Positions 1 through 9,800 of a DNA stretch of 64,000 nt are shown in pieces (within the stretch, counting starts at the first letter, position 1; every line of letters starts with the position of its first letter). The stretch lies in assembly GCA_937919925.1 (NCBI GenBank), contig CALFOT010000076.1:2241-66240 (forward strand), in the 5' to 3' direction. Position numbers and translations under genes: made by a program. Below the pieces are notes generated by a model that saw only the letters and a program-made list of their open reading frames with translations, was not told the DNA's origin and did no database searches. Source of the DNA: an uncultured bacterium (GTDB taxonomy: Bacteria; Planctomycetota; UBA1135).

Positions 1-748
1 TCGCGACGAACACTTGGGCCATGAAAGCTCCCATGCCCATTGCAGCCCAATATTTGATGACTGCAGTCATCAACGACAAAGTTTACGTTGCGGGAAACAA
101 TGGGACGCTGCAAATTTACACTCCTGTAACGGATTCCTGGAGCTCCGGCCCCGCGATGCCCGCCGGTTGGACACCCACCAGTAACCAAGGAGCTGATTGT
201 GTCGCCGGAAAGTTGATTGGAGTTGCCCGTGATGCCAGCAACACGGCGCGCCTCATTTCTTATGATCCGGCGACTCTGAGCTGGACTCTGTTGCCCTTCC
301 TTCCGTCGAACCGTTGGGCCACCGGCGTTGCGGTCAATCCAAACACGGGCCTCATGCACATCGTGTCGGGTTGGACCGGGGCTTCGTTCTCCGATCTCCA
401 CGAAGCCTACAATCCAGGTGCGCTACGGCTTGACGTCAGTGCGCTGGCGGCGAGTGCGCTCGCCACCCTGCAAACAAGTGGTGGTCGGCCGAACGTGATT
501 GTGGCCTTTCTGGTGAGCTTGAACGGTTTTCAGACCACCATCTACTCTTCGCCGGGCGGATTCGTGACTCTGGATCTCAAGGCCATGCACCAAATTGCTA
601 CCACCTATGCAAATAGCGCTGGCGCGGCCTCTCTTACCCTCGTGGTGCCAGTACGCATGGGGCAGGACGAACGATTTTCTTTCAAGCCGTTGATTTTGCG
701 GGCGGCAGTTTCGGCGTGAGCAACGCGTTCTCGCGAATCGTGAACTAG
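1..748 (+). CDS. Kelch-repeat protein, 5'-partial, with a conserved C-terminal beta-rich domain; apparent -1 frameshift at ~659-662 (uncorrected ORF ends at 719)
   Basis: Frame is open to the window edge (ATNTWAMKAPMP). Kelch motifs KVYVAG, YTPVTDSWSSGPAMP, YDPATLSWTLLP. Shifting frame at the GGGG run gives AGRTIFFQAVDFAGGSFGVSNAFSRIVN* (stop 746-748), matching the C-termini of other proteins in the window. Confidence 0.75.
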
Positions 749-869
749 CTGGAGCGGTTTTTCGAAGGCAAGCGCTGACGCCTTTGTCGATGGGTGGCTA
801 GGCGCTATGGCGTGGCCACACCCTTAAGGCTACGATGGCTTTTCCGTGGTGCATCCACGGTGGCCACCA

Positions 870-2819
870 ATGAGTACGAGTTCTTCATCCGCTAAGCGAC
901 GCATATTCGCAATTGTTTGTTTGGTTGCGTTGGTGATTTTCGTAACTTGGTTTGCCTGGGCTGCGCAACACAATCGCGATTCTTTGAACCTTGCGGAAGC
1001 ACAAATAAACGATGGCAATTGGCATGAAGCCGAAGTGACTTTGTTCGCGCTGCATGGTGGCATCGTTGCTGCAGGCGAAGGGCGCGCTGCAGAACTCCTC
1101 AGCCGCATTGAGCAACACCGCATGGCCATCGCAGCCTCCCCGGAATCCTCATCGCCGCTCGTGGAAGCCCCACCTGTGGAAACCCCACCTGTGCAAGCGC
1201 TGTCCGATTCCGAACCTGAGGTGAATCCTGCGGAGGAAATCTTGTCGCCAGCGGCAAGCGAAGCGTTGGCCAGCGCCGCGGCAGAGGTTCAGGCGCAAAT
1301 CGCCGCGCAAGTAGAACGCGAGCGTCTCAACGCAGTCAACGAACACCTTCTTGCCTATGGATGGGAGATGGTTTGGCCGGGTCCGCATCCTTGGGTGGAG
1401 GCTCTAGAGGCTCCGACAGCGGAACAAATAGGCGAAGGAAAAGCACTGCTCGCGCGTCATCAACTGATCACAGAGTTGCGCGCGCAATGGCCAGGGCCCG
1501 ATTTCCCAACCGAGCTGCAACTCGAACTCCAAGATCCCTTGCGGCAAGAAGACGAGTTGCTGACTTCTTTCAACCAGCGCTTGCTGCAAGAAGGTTGGGT
1601 TGCGGTGTTAACCGATCCGGCCCCATGGGTGACGGCCTTACGCACCCCTAGCCCGCAGCAGCAGGCCGACGGCGGCGCACTGCTTGCGCGGCATGCACTC
1701 AGTGAGGCACTGAAGCCACTGTGGACGATTCCCGCCTTGCCGGCGCAGTTAATTCCCGAGATCCGCAATCCACAACGCACGGAATTCGAAATTCGAGCAG
1801 AGTTTTTACGTCTTTTTCAGGAGGAAATGAGCCAGTCGTCGGCGCGCTTGGAGACCGGGGCTTGGAAGCAAGCAGTCGATGCCAAATCGGCACAAGAGGC
1901 TATGCAAGCGGCAGGCGCCTTAGTGGTTTTGTTGAAGAAGCCTGGCCTTCCCGCTGCGGAAGTTGCCGGGTTACTCAAGCGCGTGCAGGGAATCGAAGCA
2001 GAGGCTCGCACAGTTTTTCAAACGCGCGCTGCCCGCGATGCACGGTTGGCGGAAGAGGGGCTCAATCCATTCCAAGCGCAAGGCTGGACCATCGTAGATC
2101 AAACTGCCGGATATGGTGGCTTTGCAAACAAGCTTTTGGATCCGAACACGGGAATCACTTTCATTTTGGTAGCACCCGGCCAATTTCAAATGGGCTCTCC
2201 AGCTGCCGAGGCCGAACGCGAAGCCGATGAGAAGCCACACCTTGTGAAGATGAGCAAAGGGTTTTATTTAGGCGAGACAGAGGTGACGCAGGCGCAGTGG
2301 AAAAAAATGGTGCCTGGGAATCCGAGTCCAAGCAGTTTTATTGGTGCCGGCCTTCCGGTGGAATCGGTCAGCTGGAATGACTGCCAAGAATTTTTGCAGG
2401 CTGCCGGCAACGGCTATCGCTTGCCCACCGAACAAGAGTGGGAGTATGCCTGCCGAGCTGCGACGTTGACTCCGTTTAGTTATGGCCCAACCATCGATGC
2501 CACGATGGGCAATTTCAACGGGCGGGAGGTTTATGGAGGTGGAGTTGTAGGAAGCCAGGCGAACAAAACCACTCTAGTGGGTAGTTTGCAAGCAAACCCT
2601 TGGGGATTTCAAGACATGCACGGCAACCTTTGGGAATGGTGCTCTGACTGGTATGGCCCTTACTCGGAGCCAGCACCGGAGGCTGGAAGTGAGCGTGTGC
2701 TTCGCGGCGGCGCTTGGAATAGCCACCCAAAATTTTGTCGCGCCGCAAATCGCTATATGGCCGAGCCTGATACGCGCAACTACATCATTGGCTTCCGAGT
2801 TGCCCACGACCTCCCATAG
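870..2819 (+). CDS. Membrane-anchored FGE-sulfatase (SUMF1/EgtB/PvdO-like) domain protein with a tandem 78-aa repeat
   Basis: N-terminal TM helix; C-terminal motifs FQMGS, TEVTQAQW, PVESVSW, RLPTEQEWEYACRA, NPWGFQDMHGNLWEW, RGGAW, GFR. Start could be GTG 846 or ATG 870. Confidence 0.85.
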   Translation: MSTSSSSAKRRIFAIVCLVALVIFVTWFAWAAQHNRDSLNLAEAQINDGNWHEAEVTLFALHGGIVAAGEGRAAELLSRIEQHRMAIAASPESSSPLVEAPPVETPPVQALSDSEPEVNPAEEILSPAASEALASAAAEVQAQIAAQVERERLNAVNEHLLAYGWEMVWPGPHPWVEALEAPTAEQIGEGKALLARHQLITELRAQWPGPDFPTELQLELQDPLRQEDELLTSFNQRLLQEGWVAVLTDPAPWVTALRTPSPQQQADGGALLARHALSEALKPLWTIPALPAQLIPEIRNPQRTEFEIRAEFLRLFQEEMSQSSARLETGAWKQAVDAKSAQEAMQAAGALVVLLKKPGLPAAEVAGLLKRVQGIEAEARTVFQTRAARDARLAEEGLNPFQAQGWTIVDQTAGYGGFANKLLDPNTGITFILVAPGQFQMGSPAAEAEREADEKPHLVKMSKGFYLGETEVTQAQWKKMVPGNPSPSSFIGAGLPVESVSWNDCQEFLQAAGNGYRLPTEQEWEYACRAATLTPFSYGPTIDATMGNFNGREVYGGGVVGSQANKTTLVGSLQANPWGFQDMHGNLWEWCSDWYGPYSEPAPEAGSERVLRGGAWNSHPKFCRAANRYMAEPDTRNYIIGFRVAHDLP

Positions 2820-2912
2820 ATCGCTTCGAGCCTCAAGAGGAAGGTCCGCGCTGGGCTGTTCAAGTTTTGGCCTAGCTCTCTTTCACGGCAGCGATGATAT
2901 GGTCAGCTACCC

Positions 2913-4466
2913 ATGTTGTGCCGCCGCCCCAACTTCTTAACCCTGCTTTGCTGCTTGTTTGCGGCACCCTTGTTTGCGCAACACGTGCACAAACCCGCAC
3001 CTGCGCTGCAGCAACCCGAAGCTCCCACGCCGGAAGAGTCCAGCGTTTCTGCAGAGAGTAGCGCGCCGCAAATCTTCACCACTCAGCACGTCGGTATTTT
3101 CCACGGGCAGGAAGTGGCCTATACGGCAACCGCGGGGGAGACCTTTTTGAAGGCCGAGGATGGCACCCCGCGCGCGAGTATTTTTGCCACAGCCTATGTT
3201 AAAAATGGTGTGCAAGATGCAAGTACCCGGCCAGTGACTTTTTTGTGGAACGGTGGGCCTGGTTCGGCGTCGCTGTGGTTGCACATGGGGGTGTTTGGCC
3301 CGGTGCGTGTGGCGATTCCTAGCGATGCGCGGGACGACGGCGCGCCACCGTATCCCATCGTTGCGAATCCCGGCGCCTTTCTGGATCTGTCAGATATCGT
3401 TTTTATTGATCCGGTTGGTACCGGCTTTAGTCATACGCTCGGTGAAACCGAAGGCAAAGAATTCTTCGGCGTGCAGCAAGACGCCGCCTCCATCGCCCAG
3501 TTTATTCGCCAGTGGATCAGCGATCAGGGGCGTTGGAATTCGCCAAAGTTTATCGGTGGCGAAAGTTATGGCACCACGCGCTCGGCCGCAGTGGTGCACG
3601 AACTTGAGGCTGGCTTTGATGACGTGGCGATTAACGGCATCATTTTGATTTCTACCATTCTCGACTTCAGCATCGAAAATCACACTCCTGGCAATGAGTT
3701 GCCAAACCTGATGCATCTGCCAACTATGGCCGCCACCGCCAAGTTTCACGGCAAAGCCGGCGCGGGAATCCCACTTGCCGAGTTCGTCCAACAAGCGCGC
3801 GAGTTTGCGCTCGGGGAATATGCACATGCACTGCTGCAGGGGGAGAGTCTGCCTGCCGCCGAACGTGCAAAAGTGCGTGCGCGGTTGTCGGCGTTCACCG
3901 GTCTCGGTGAGGAATATCTAGAGCAGACCGATTTGCGCCCGCAGCCGGCGCGCTTTCAAAAGGAGCTACTGCGCGATCGCGGTTTGACCGTGGGCCGTTT
4001 AGATTCCCGTTACACCGGCGTGGATCTGGATGATGCCGGTGAAAACAGTGAAGAAGATCCTTCCTTTTATGGCATCGACGGCGCTTATTCCGCAGCAATG
4101 AATAGTTACTTCCGCAGCGATCTCGCGGTGAAGACCGAGCGTCATTACAACGTGATTGGCGGGCTTGGCGCACCATGGGATTGGGAAGTGCCAGGTTTGC
4201 CATTTAATTACTTCAACGTAGCGCCGTACATCGGCACAGCGATGCGTCAGAACAGCGATCTGCAAGTTTTTGTTGCTGCGGGGTATTACGATTTCGCCAC
4301 CCCGTTTTTTCAGGCGGAATATAGTTTGAACCGCGCTGGTGTGGTTCCAGAGCGCGTGTTTTTTCATTACTACGAAGCCGGCCACATGATGTACATTCAT
4401 CATCCGTCGCTGCAGGCTTTGCAGGAGGATGTACACGCGTTTTTGGCTGCGACTTTGGCACAGTAA
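2913..4466 (+). CDS. Secreted serine carboxypeptidase, peptidase family S10
   Basis: Signal peptide; WNGGPGSAS, IDPVGTGFS, nucleophile motif GESYG, YDFATP, YEAGHM. Confidence 0.92.
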   Translation: MLCRRPNFLTLLCCLFAAPLFAQHVHKPAPALQQPEAPTPEESSVSAESSAPQIFTTQHVGIFHGQEVAYTATAGETFLKAEDGTPRASIFATAYVKNGVQDASTRPVTFLWNGGPGSASLWLHMGVFGPVRVAIPSDARDDGAPPYPIVANPGAFLDLSDIVFIDPVGTGFSHTLGETEGKEFFGVQQDAASIAQFIRQWISDQGRWNSPKFIGGESYGTTRSAAVVHELEAGFDDVAINGIILISTILDFSIENHTPGNELPNLMHLPTMAATAKFHGKAGAGIPLAEFVQQAREFALGEYAHALLQGESLPAAERAKVRARLSAFTGLGEEYLEQTDLRPQPARFQKELLRDRGLTVGRLDSRYTGVDLDDAGENSEEDPSFYGIDGAYSAAMNSYFRSDLAVKTERHYNVIGGLGAPWDWEVPGLPFNYFNVAPYIGTAMRQNSDLQVFVAAGYYDFATPFFQAEYSLNRAGVVPERVFFHYYEAGHMMYIHHPSLQALQEDVHAFLAATLAQ

Positions 4467-4569
4467 GACGGCCGTAGTCGATGCGCAGAACGCGCCGCAT
4501 GCGCCGGAATGCGGCCGTGAATCCTTCGCGTGCCGTCTCCTGTAGGATAGGGCTCCTTGTTTTTAGAGC

Positions 4570-7500
4570 ATGAACTCCGCCTCCCTCTCTGTCCGTGTCG
4601 CCCTCGCAATTGCGTTCGCCGCCCTCACTGCAGTCCTGCCCATTTGGGCAGATTCCAGCGCGAGTGTGAGCGGCATGGCGCAACTTCCAAGCAGCGTGGT
4701 GGCTGCGGAGGAAGTCCGTTACGGTCGTGACATCCGGCCGATTTTGTCCGACCGTTGTTTTCTTTGTCATGGCCCCGATGTCAGCACCCGCGAAGCGGAG
4801 TTGCGCCTGGATACTTTTGACTACGCAACCGCCGATCGTGGTGGTTATGCCGCAATCGTGCCGGGGAATCTAAAGGCCAGTGAGTTGTGGTACCGACTCA
4901 CCACCACGCGCAAGAGTGATGCCATGCCGCCAGCCGATAGCAAGGTGCAGCCGCTCACCGATCACGATAAAGATTTGATCCGGCGTTGGATTGAGCAAGG
5001 CGCCAAGTACGAACCGCATTGGGCTTTTGTGGCGCCAGTCCGTCCGCCGCTGCCGTCGGTCGCGCAGCAAAGTTGGCCGCGCAATGCTCTGGATTCCTTT
5101 CTTTTAGCCGGCATGGAAAGTGCCGGGTTAAAGCCATCGCCACCAGCAGACTCCGCCACTTTGTTGCGCCGCGTATTTTTGGATTTAACCGGCTTGCCGC
5201 CGACTCCAGCCGAACTCGACGCCTTCCTCGCCGATGCGCGGCCGGATGCCTACGAACGAGTTGTGGAGCGTTTGCTGAGTACAGAGCCTTACGTCAGCCG
5301 CTACGCCGAACGTTTGGCAACACCTTGGCTTGATGCCGCACGGTATGCGGATACCAACGGCATTCACATGGATGCCGGCCGTCAGATGTGGGCCTGGCGC
5401 GATTGGGTGTTACGCGCGTTGCGTGATAACCAGCCATTTGATCAGTTCGTTGTGGAGCAACTAGCTGGCGATTTGCTGGCCGACGCCACCTTGGAACAAA
5501 AAGTGGCGAGTGGTTTTCACCGCAATCATGTCATGACTGATGAAGGTGGCGCCATCAATGAGGAATACCTAGTCGAGTATGCAGCCGATCGCACTGCGAC
5601 CACCGGCGCTGTTTTTATGGGTTTAACGGTGCAGTGCGCGCGTTGCCATGATCATAAATTCGATCCGATTTCGCAGCAGGAATACTATTCGCTGTTCGCC
5701 TATTTCAACTCGAATGACGAACCTGGTCTTTATTCACAGTTGCCCGACGCCAACCGGGCCTTTGAGCCGTTTATGCAAGTGCCCACGGCCGAGCAAAGCA
5801 ATCAACAGTTGGAGTTAAACGCGGCGCTGGATAGCTTGACTGCCGAGATGGAGCAGCCATCTGCGCAAGATGCGCAGGCTTTGGAAACCTTCCTCGATTC
5901 GGCGCCCGCCACTTACGGCGTGAGTTGGGCTGCGAGCGAAGTGGTCAGTGCGGAGAGCACGGCGGATTCTTCCTTAACTATTCTGGAGGATCGCTCGGTG
6001 CTGGCTTCCGGCGCGAACCCCAATAAGGAAAGTCACACCATCATCTTGCGCACTCAGCAAACCAACCTACGCTTATTGCTGCTGGAAGCTTTGCAAGATG
6101 ATTCGTTCTTTGAGGGGCGTGTGGGGCGCGCGCCTAACGGTAATGCGGTTTTGTCTTATCTCGAAGTGGAAGCGATTTCTTTGGTCGACGCGCGTCAACG
6201 TCAGCAATTGCACTTCGGCTGGGCGTGGGCCGATTTCGAGCAAGACAACGAAGATTTTGATGTCGTGAATGCTTTAGATCCTGCGTTCCACAAAGTCTGG
6301 GCGGTGGATGCCCACCATGTGGCGGGTGGGCGGAATGCACTTTTTCTTGCGGATCAACCATTCGGTTTTGCTGGCGGCACGGAGTTGCGCGTGGTCTTGC
6401 ATTATCAATCGATGTACGATCAGCACAGTTTCGGACGCGTGCGCTTAACGCCGGGTTCGTTGGGTGCCACTGGACTCGCCGCCTTGCCGGTGGCCGATTC
6501 GCGCTGGTATGGCACTTGGCCTTATACACCCACGGAAGGGGAGGCTGGTTACGAGCAGATTTTTGGCCCCGAAGCTGATGCCCACATTGATTTGGCGAAG
6601 CAATACCCACCGGATGCTTACAGTTGGGTTTTAGTACCCCAAGTGATGGATGGGGTGGTTAACAATGTTTTGCCGGCGGGCAAGAAAGTCAGCTTTGCCG
6701 GCCGTCGGCTATTTGTACCCAGCGCCCGCGAGCTGGAGCTTTCGCTCGGTTCCGACGATGGTTTGCAGGTGTTTGTTGATGGGGAGATGGTTTTTGAAAA
6801 CCGCGTCGACCGTGGCGCCGCAGCGGATCAGGACCGCGTTAAGTTGTCGTTGTCCGCAGGCCTGCACACGGTCGTTTTGAAGATTGTCAACACCGGCGGC
6901 ATTGGTGGTTTGTATTGGCAAGTGCGGCCTCCGGCGGAGGAGCTGTCGGGTGCTTTGGTTTGGTGTTTGGCGCCTCAGGGGGTGCGTGTTGCTGGTGCGA
7001 ACGATTTGGCCAAACGCGTTGCAGAAAATTGGCGCACGCAGCATTCGCCAGCCTACCGCGAGCAAGTAGCCAAAGCGGCAAAACTGCAGGCGCAGTTGGC
7101 TACCCTGACCAGTCTCATCCCACTCACCATGGTCATGAAGGAGTTGGAGCAACCGCGCGCTACTTTTGTCTTGAACCGCGGCTCTTATGACCAGCCGCTG
7201 ATGGATCGGCCCGTCACGCGTGGTGTTCCAGCCGCACTAGGTAAGCTGCCTGCTGAGGCACCCAACGATCGTTTGGGCTTAGCGCTGTGGTTGATTGCCG
7301 ATGAAAACCCACTGCTCGCACGGGTCACCGTCAATCGTTTGTGGGAGATGATCTTTGGCACCGGCATTGTGCGCACGAGTGCAGATTTTGGCTTGCAGGG
7401 AGCGTGGCCGAGCAACCCAGAGTTACTGGATTGGCTTGCCGTGGAGTTTCGCGAAGGCGGTTGGGATGTCAAAGAGATCCTGAAGCAAATGGTCACCAGC

Positions 7501-8247
7501 AATGCCTATCGTCAGGATTCTCGAGTGCGCGCGGCAGCTGCGGCGGTGGATCCACAGAATGCCTTACTGTGGCGCTATCCCCGTCGGCGTTTGGGTGCGG
7601 AAGAAATCCGCGATCAAGCGTTGTATGTAGCCGGCTTACTGAAAGAGGATTTCGGCGGTCCGTCGGTGAAGCCATATCAACCCGCAGGCCTGTGGAAGGA
7701 AGTCGCGATGCTGCAATCCAATACGCGCAACTTCGTGCGCGGCGAAGGCGATCAATTGTGGCGCCGCAGTCTTTACACTTTTTGGAAACGCGCGGTGCCA
7801 CCACCTTCGCTGCTCACGTTCGATGCACCCACACGTGAGTTTTGCATCATCACGCGCGGTACCACCAACACTCCTTTGCAGGCTTTGGTGTTGTGGAATG
7901 ATGAGCAGTACGTGGAAGCCGCGCGACAGCTGGCGCAGCGCACCTTAGCGGCAGATGATTTTGCGCCAACGGATGACAACACCTTGCACGATGCGACGGA
8001 CAGGTACGTCATCAGCATGTTTCGTCGCTGTACCGGCCGCAACCCAGAAGCCGCCGAGCTACTTGTTTTGCGCGAAGCATTGGATGGCTTCCGTCAACGT
8101 TTTGAGGCTGCTCCAGACGCCGCCGTCAACTTGCTCAAGGTGGGGGAGAGCATGTTGCCTGAAGATGCAAACCCCACCCAACTCGCCGCCTGGACCATGC
8201 TTGCCAATGCGCTGCTGGCCTTGGATGAAACCATTTCTCATCGTTGA
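4570..8247 (+). CDS. Planctomycete cytochrome c protein (PSCyt1 + PSCyt2/DUF1549 + PSD1/DUF1553) with a PA14-like insert
   Basis: CFLCHGPD and CARCHDHKFDP heme motifs; LRRVFLDLTGLPPT, WLDAARYADT, NRLWEMIFGTGIV, PELLDWLA, RRLGAEEIRD, TNTPLQAL; GSDDGLQVFVDG. Confidence 0.93.
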   Translation: MNSASLSVRVALAIAFAALTAVLPIWADSSASVSGMAQLPSSVVAAEEVRYGRDIRPILSDRCFLCHGPDVSTREAELRLDTFDYATADRGGYAAIVPGNLKASELWYRLTTTRKSDAMPPADSKVQPLTDHDKDLIRRWIEQGAKYEPHWAFVAPVRPPLPSVAQQSWPRNALDSFLLAGMESAGLKPSPPADSATLLRRVFLDLTGLPPTPAELDAFLADARPDAYERVVERLLSTEPYVSRYAERLATPWLDAARYADTNGIHMDAGRQMWAWRDWVLRALRDNQPFDQFVVEQLAGDLLADATLEQKVASGFHRNHVMTDEGGAINEEYLVEYAADRTATTGAVFMGLTVQCARCHDHKFDPISQQEYYSLFAYFNSNDEPGLYSQLPDANRAFEPFMQVPTAEQSNQQLELNAALDSLTAEMEQPSAQDAQALETFLDSAPATYGVSWAASEVVSAESTADSSLTILEDRSVLASGANPNKESHTIILRTQQTNLRLLLLEALQDDSFFEGRVGRAPNGNAVLSYLEVEAISLVDARQRQQLHFGWAWADFEQDNEDFDVVNALDPAFHKVWAVDAHHVAGGRNALFLADQPFGFAGGTELRVVLHYQSMYDQHSFGRVRLTPGSLGATGLAALPVADSRWYGTWPYTPTEGEAGYEQIFGPEADAHIDLAKQYPPDAYSWVLVPQVMDGVVNNVLPAGKKVSFAGRRLFVPSARELELSLGSDDGLQVFVDGEMVFENRVDRGAAADQDRVKLSLSAGLHTVVLKIVNTGGIGGLYWQVRPPAEELSGALVWCLAPQGVRVAGANDLAKRVAENWRTQHSPAYREQVAKAAKLQAQLATLTSLIPLTMVMKELEQPRATFVLNRGSYDQPLMDRPVTRGVPAALGKLPAEAPNDRLGLALWLIADENPLLARVTVNRLWEMIFGTGIVRTSADFGLQGAWPSNPELLDWLAVEFREGGWDVKEILKQMVTSNAYRQDSRVRAAAAAVDPQNALLWRYPRRRLGAEEIRDQALYVAGLLKEDFGGPSVKPYQPAGLWKEVAMLQSNTRNFVRGEGDQLWRRSLYTFWKRAVPPPSLLTFDAPTREFCIITRGTTNTPLQALVLWNDEQYVEAARQLAQRTLAADDFAPTDDNTLHDATDRYVISMFRRCTGRNPEAAELLVLREALDGFRQRFEAAPDAAVNLLKVGESMLPEDANPTQLAAWTMLANALLALDETISHR

Positions 8248-8274
8248 GCCGCAAACACAGAACTTGCTCACCTT

Positions 8275-9789
8275 ATGGCCCCGCAGAATCCTCTAGACCC
8301 CTTCCAAGAACGCGAACAGTTCCTCACCCGCCGGCGTTTTTTTGGCAAAGCCGCCGCCTCGATGGGCCTTGGTTTTGGCGCGTTGGCGATGAACTCTCTG
8401 CTCAGCCGCGAGCTTGGCGCACTCGCTGGGCCGTTGCTTGGCGGCCAACCAAATGCAGCTGCGGGATCCTCCAAACTATTGCTGGGACCGCACTTCAAAC
8501 CCAAAGCGAAACGCGTTATTTATTTGCACATGGAGGGTGCTCCAAGCCAGCTGGATCTTTACGACTACAAGCCAGGTTTGCGTCAACGTTTCAATCAGGA
8601 TTTGCCTGAATCCATACGCAGTGGCCAACGGTTGACGGGTATGACAAGCGGCCAAACGCGATTTCCGGTAGCCCCATCGATTTTTAAATTTTCCCGTCAT
8701 CAGAATCATCAAGATGGTCTGTGGCTCTCGGAGTTGCTGCCTCACACCGGTTCGGTAGCGAAGGAAATTTGCATGATCAACTCGATGCACACCGAGGCGA
8801 TCAATCACGAACCGGCGATTACGTTTTTTCAAACGGGCAATCAGCAACCGGGGCGTCCGAGTTTTGGCGCATGGGCTTCTTATGGGTTGGGTAGCGCCAA
8901 CGCCAACTTGCCTACTTTTGTGGTCATGATCACTCAGGGTATCGGCAACATGCAAGCGCTGTCCGCGCGTTTCTGGGGATCTGGCTTTTTGCCGAGTGAG
9001 CATCAGGGTTGCAAGCTACGTTCCGGTAGCGACCCGGTGCTTTTCCTGCGCGATCCAGCAGGTGTGTCGCGCGAAGACCGCCGTCGGATGCTGGATTTGG
9101 TGGGTGAGTTGAACGAACGGGAGTACGAGCGCAGTTTTGATCCGGAAGTGCAAGCGCGGATTGCACAATATGAAATGGCGTACCGCATGCAAATGTCGGT
9201 GCCCGAGCTCACGGATTTTTCGGATGAAGATGAGGCCACTTTGGAAATGTATGGCCCTGGAGTACGTACCCCAGGCACTTTTGCCGCCAACTGTTTGATG
9301 GCGCGCCGTCTCGCTGAGCGCGGCGTGCGGTTTATTCAGCTCTATATGCGCGGTTGGGATCAACATGGCAACTTGCCCAGCGAATTGCGCGCCCAGGCAG
9401 GTGCGGTCGATCAAGCGCAAGCGGCGTTGATTAAAGATCTGCAACGCCGTGGCTTGCTTGACGACACGCTGGTTCTTTCGGCGGGGGAATTTGGCCGCAC
9501 GGTTTATAGTCAAGGTCAGCTCACCACCGAAAATTATGGACGTGATCATCATCCCCGCTGTTTTAGTGTGTGGGCGGCCGGCGGCGGCATGAAGCGCGGT
9601 ATTGTTTATGGCAAGACCGATGATTTTTCCTACAACATTGTGAAAGATCCAGTGGATGTGCATGATTTGCACGCAACCTTGTTGCATTGTCTTGGATTTG
9701 ATCATGAGCGTTTGGGATACCGTAGCCAGGGGCGCGATATGCGCCTGACCGATGTCGCTGGTAACGTCAACAAGGATTTGCTTGCTTAG
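8275..9789 (+). CDS. DUF1501 family protein (sulfatase-like fold), Tat-exported
   Basis: Twin-arginine TRRRFF signal; [43 protein letters not shown]. Directly follows the PSD1 gene, as usual for this family. Confidence 0.92.
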   Translation: MAPQNPLDPFQEREQFLTRRRFFGKAAASMGLGFGALAMNSLLSRELGALAGPLLGGQPNAAAGSSKLLLGPHFKPKAKRVIYLHMEGAPSQLDLYDYKPGLRQRFNQDLPESIRSGQRLTGMTSGQTRFPVAPSIFKFSRHQNHQDGLWLSELLPHTGSVAKEICMINSMHTEAINHEPAITFFQTGNQQPGRPSFGAWASYGLGSANANLPTFVVMITQGIGNMQALSARFWGSGFLPSEHQGCKLRSGSDPVLFLRDPAGVSREDRRRMLDLVGELNEREYERSFDPEVQARIAQYEMAYRMQMSVPELTDFSDEDEATLEMYGPGVRTPGTFAANCLMARRLAERGVRFIQLYMRGWDQHGNLPSELRAQAGAVDQAQAALIKDLQRRGLLDDTLVLSAGEFGRTVYSQGQLTTENYGRDHHPRCFSVWAAGGGMKRGIVYGKTDDFSYNIVKDPVDVHDLHATLLHCLGFDHERLGYRSQGRDMRLTDVAGNVNKDLLA

Positions 9790-9800
9790 GATTGCAATAC

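Noticed and set aside
2100-2819. FGE-domain gene as a diversity-generating retroelement target or as the sulfatase-maturing enzyme
   Set aside because: No reverse transcriptase or template repeat seen, and the catalytic two-Cys FGE motif is missing.
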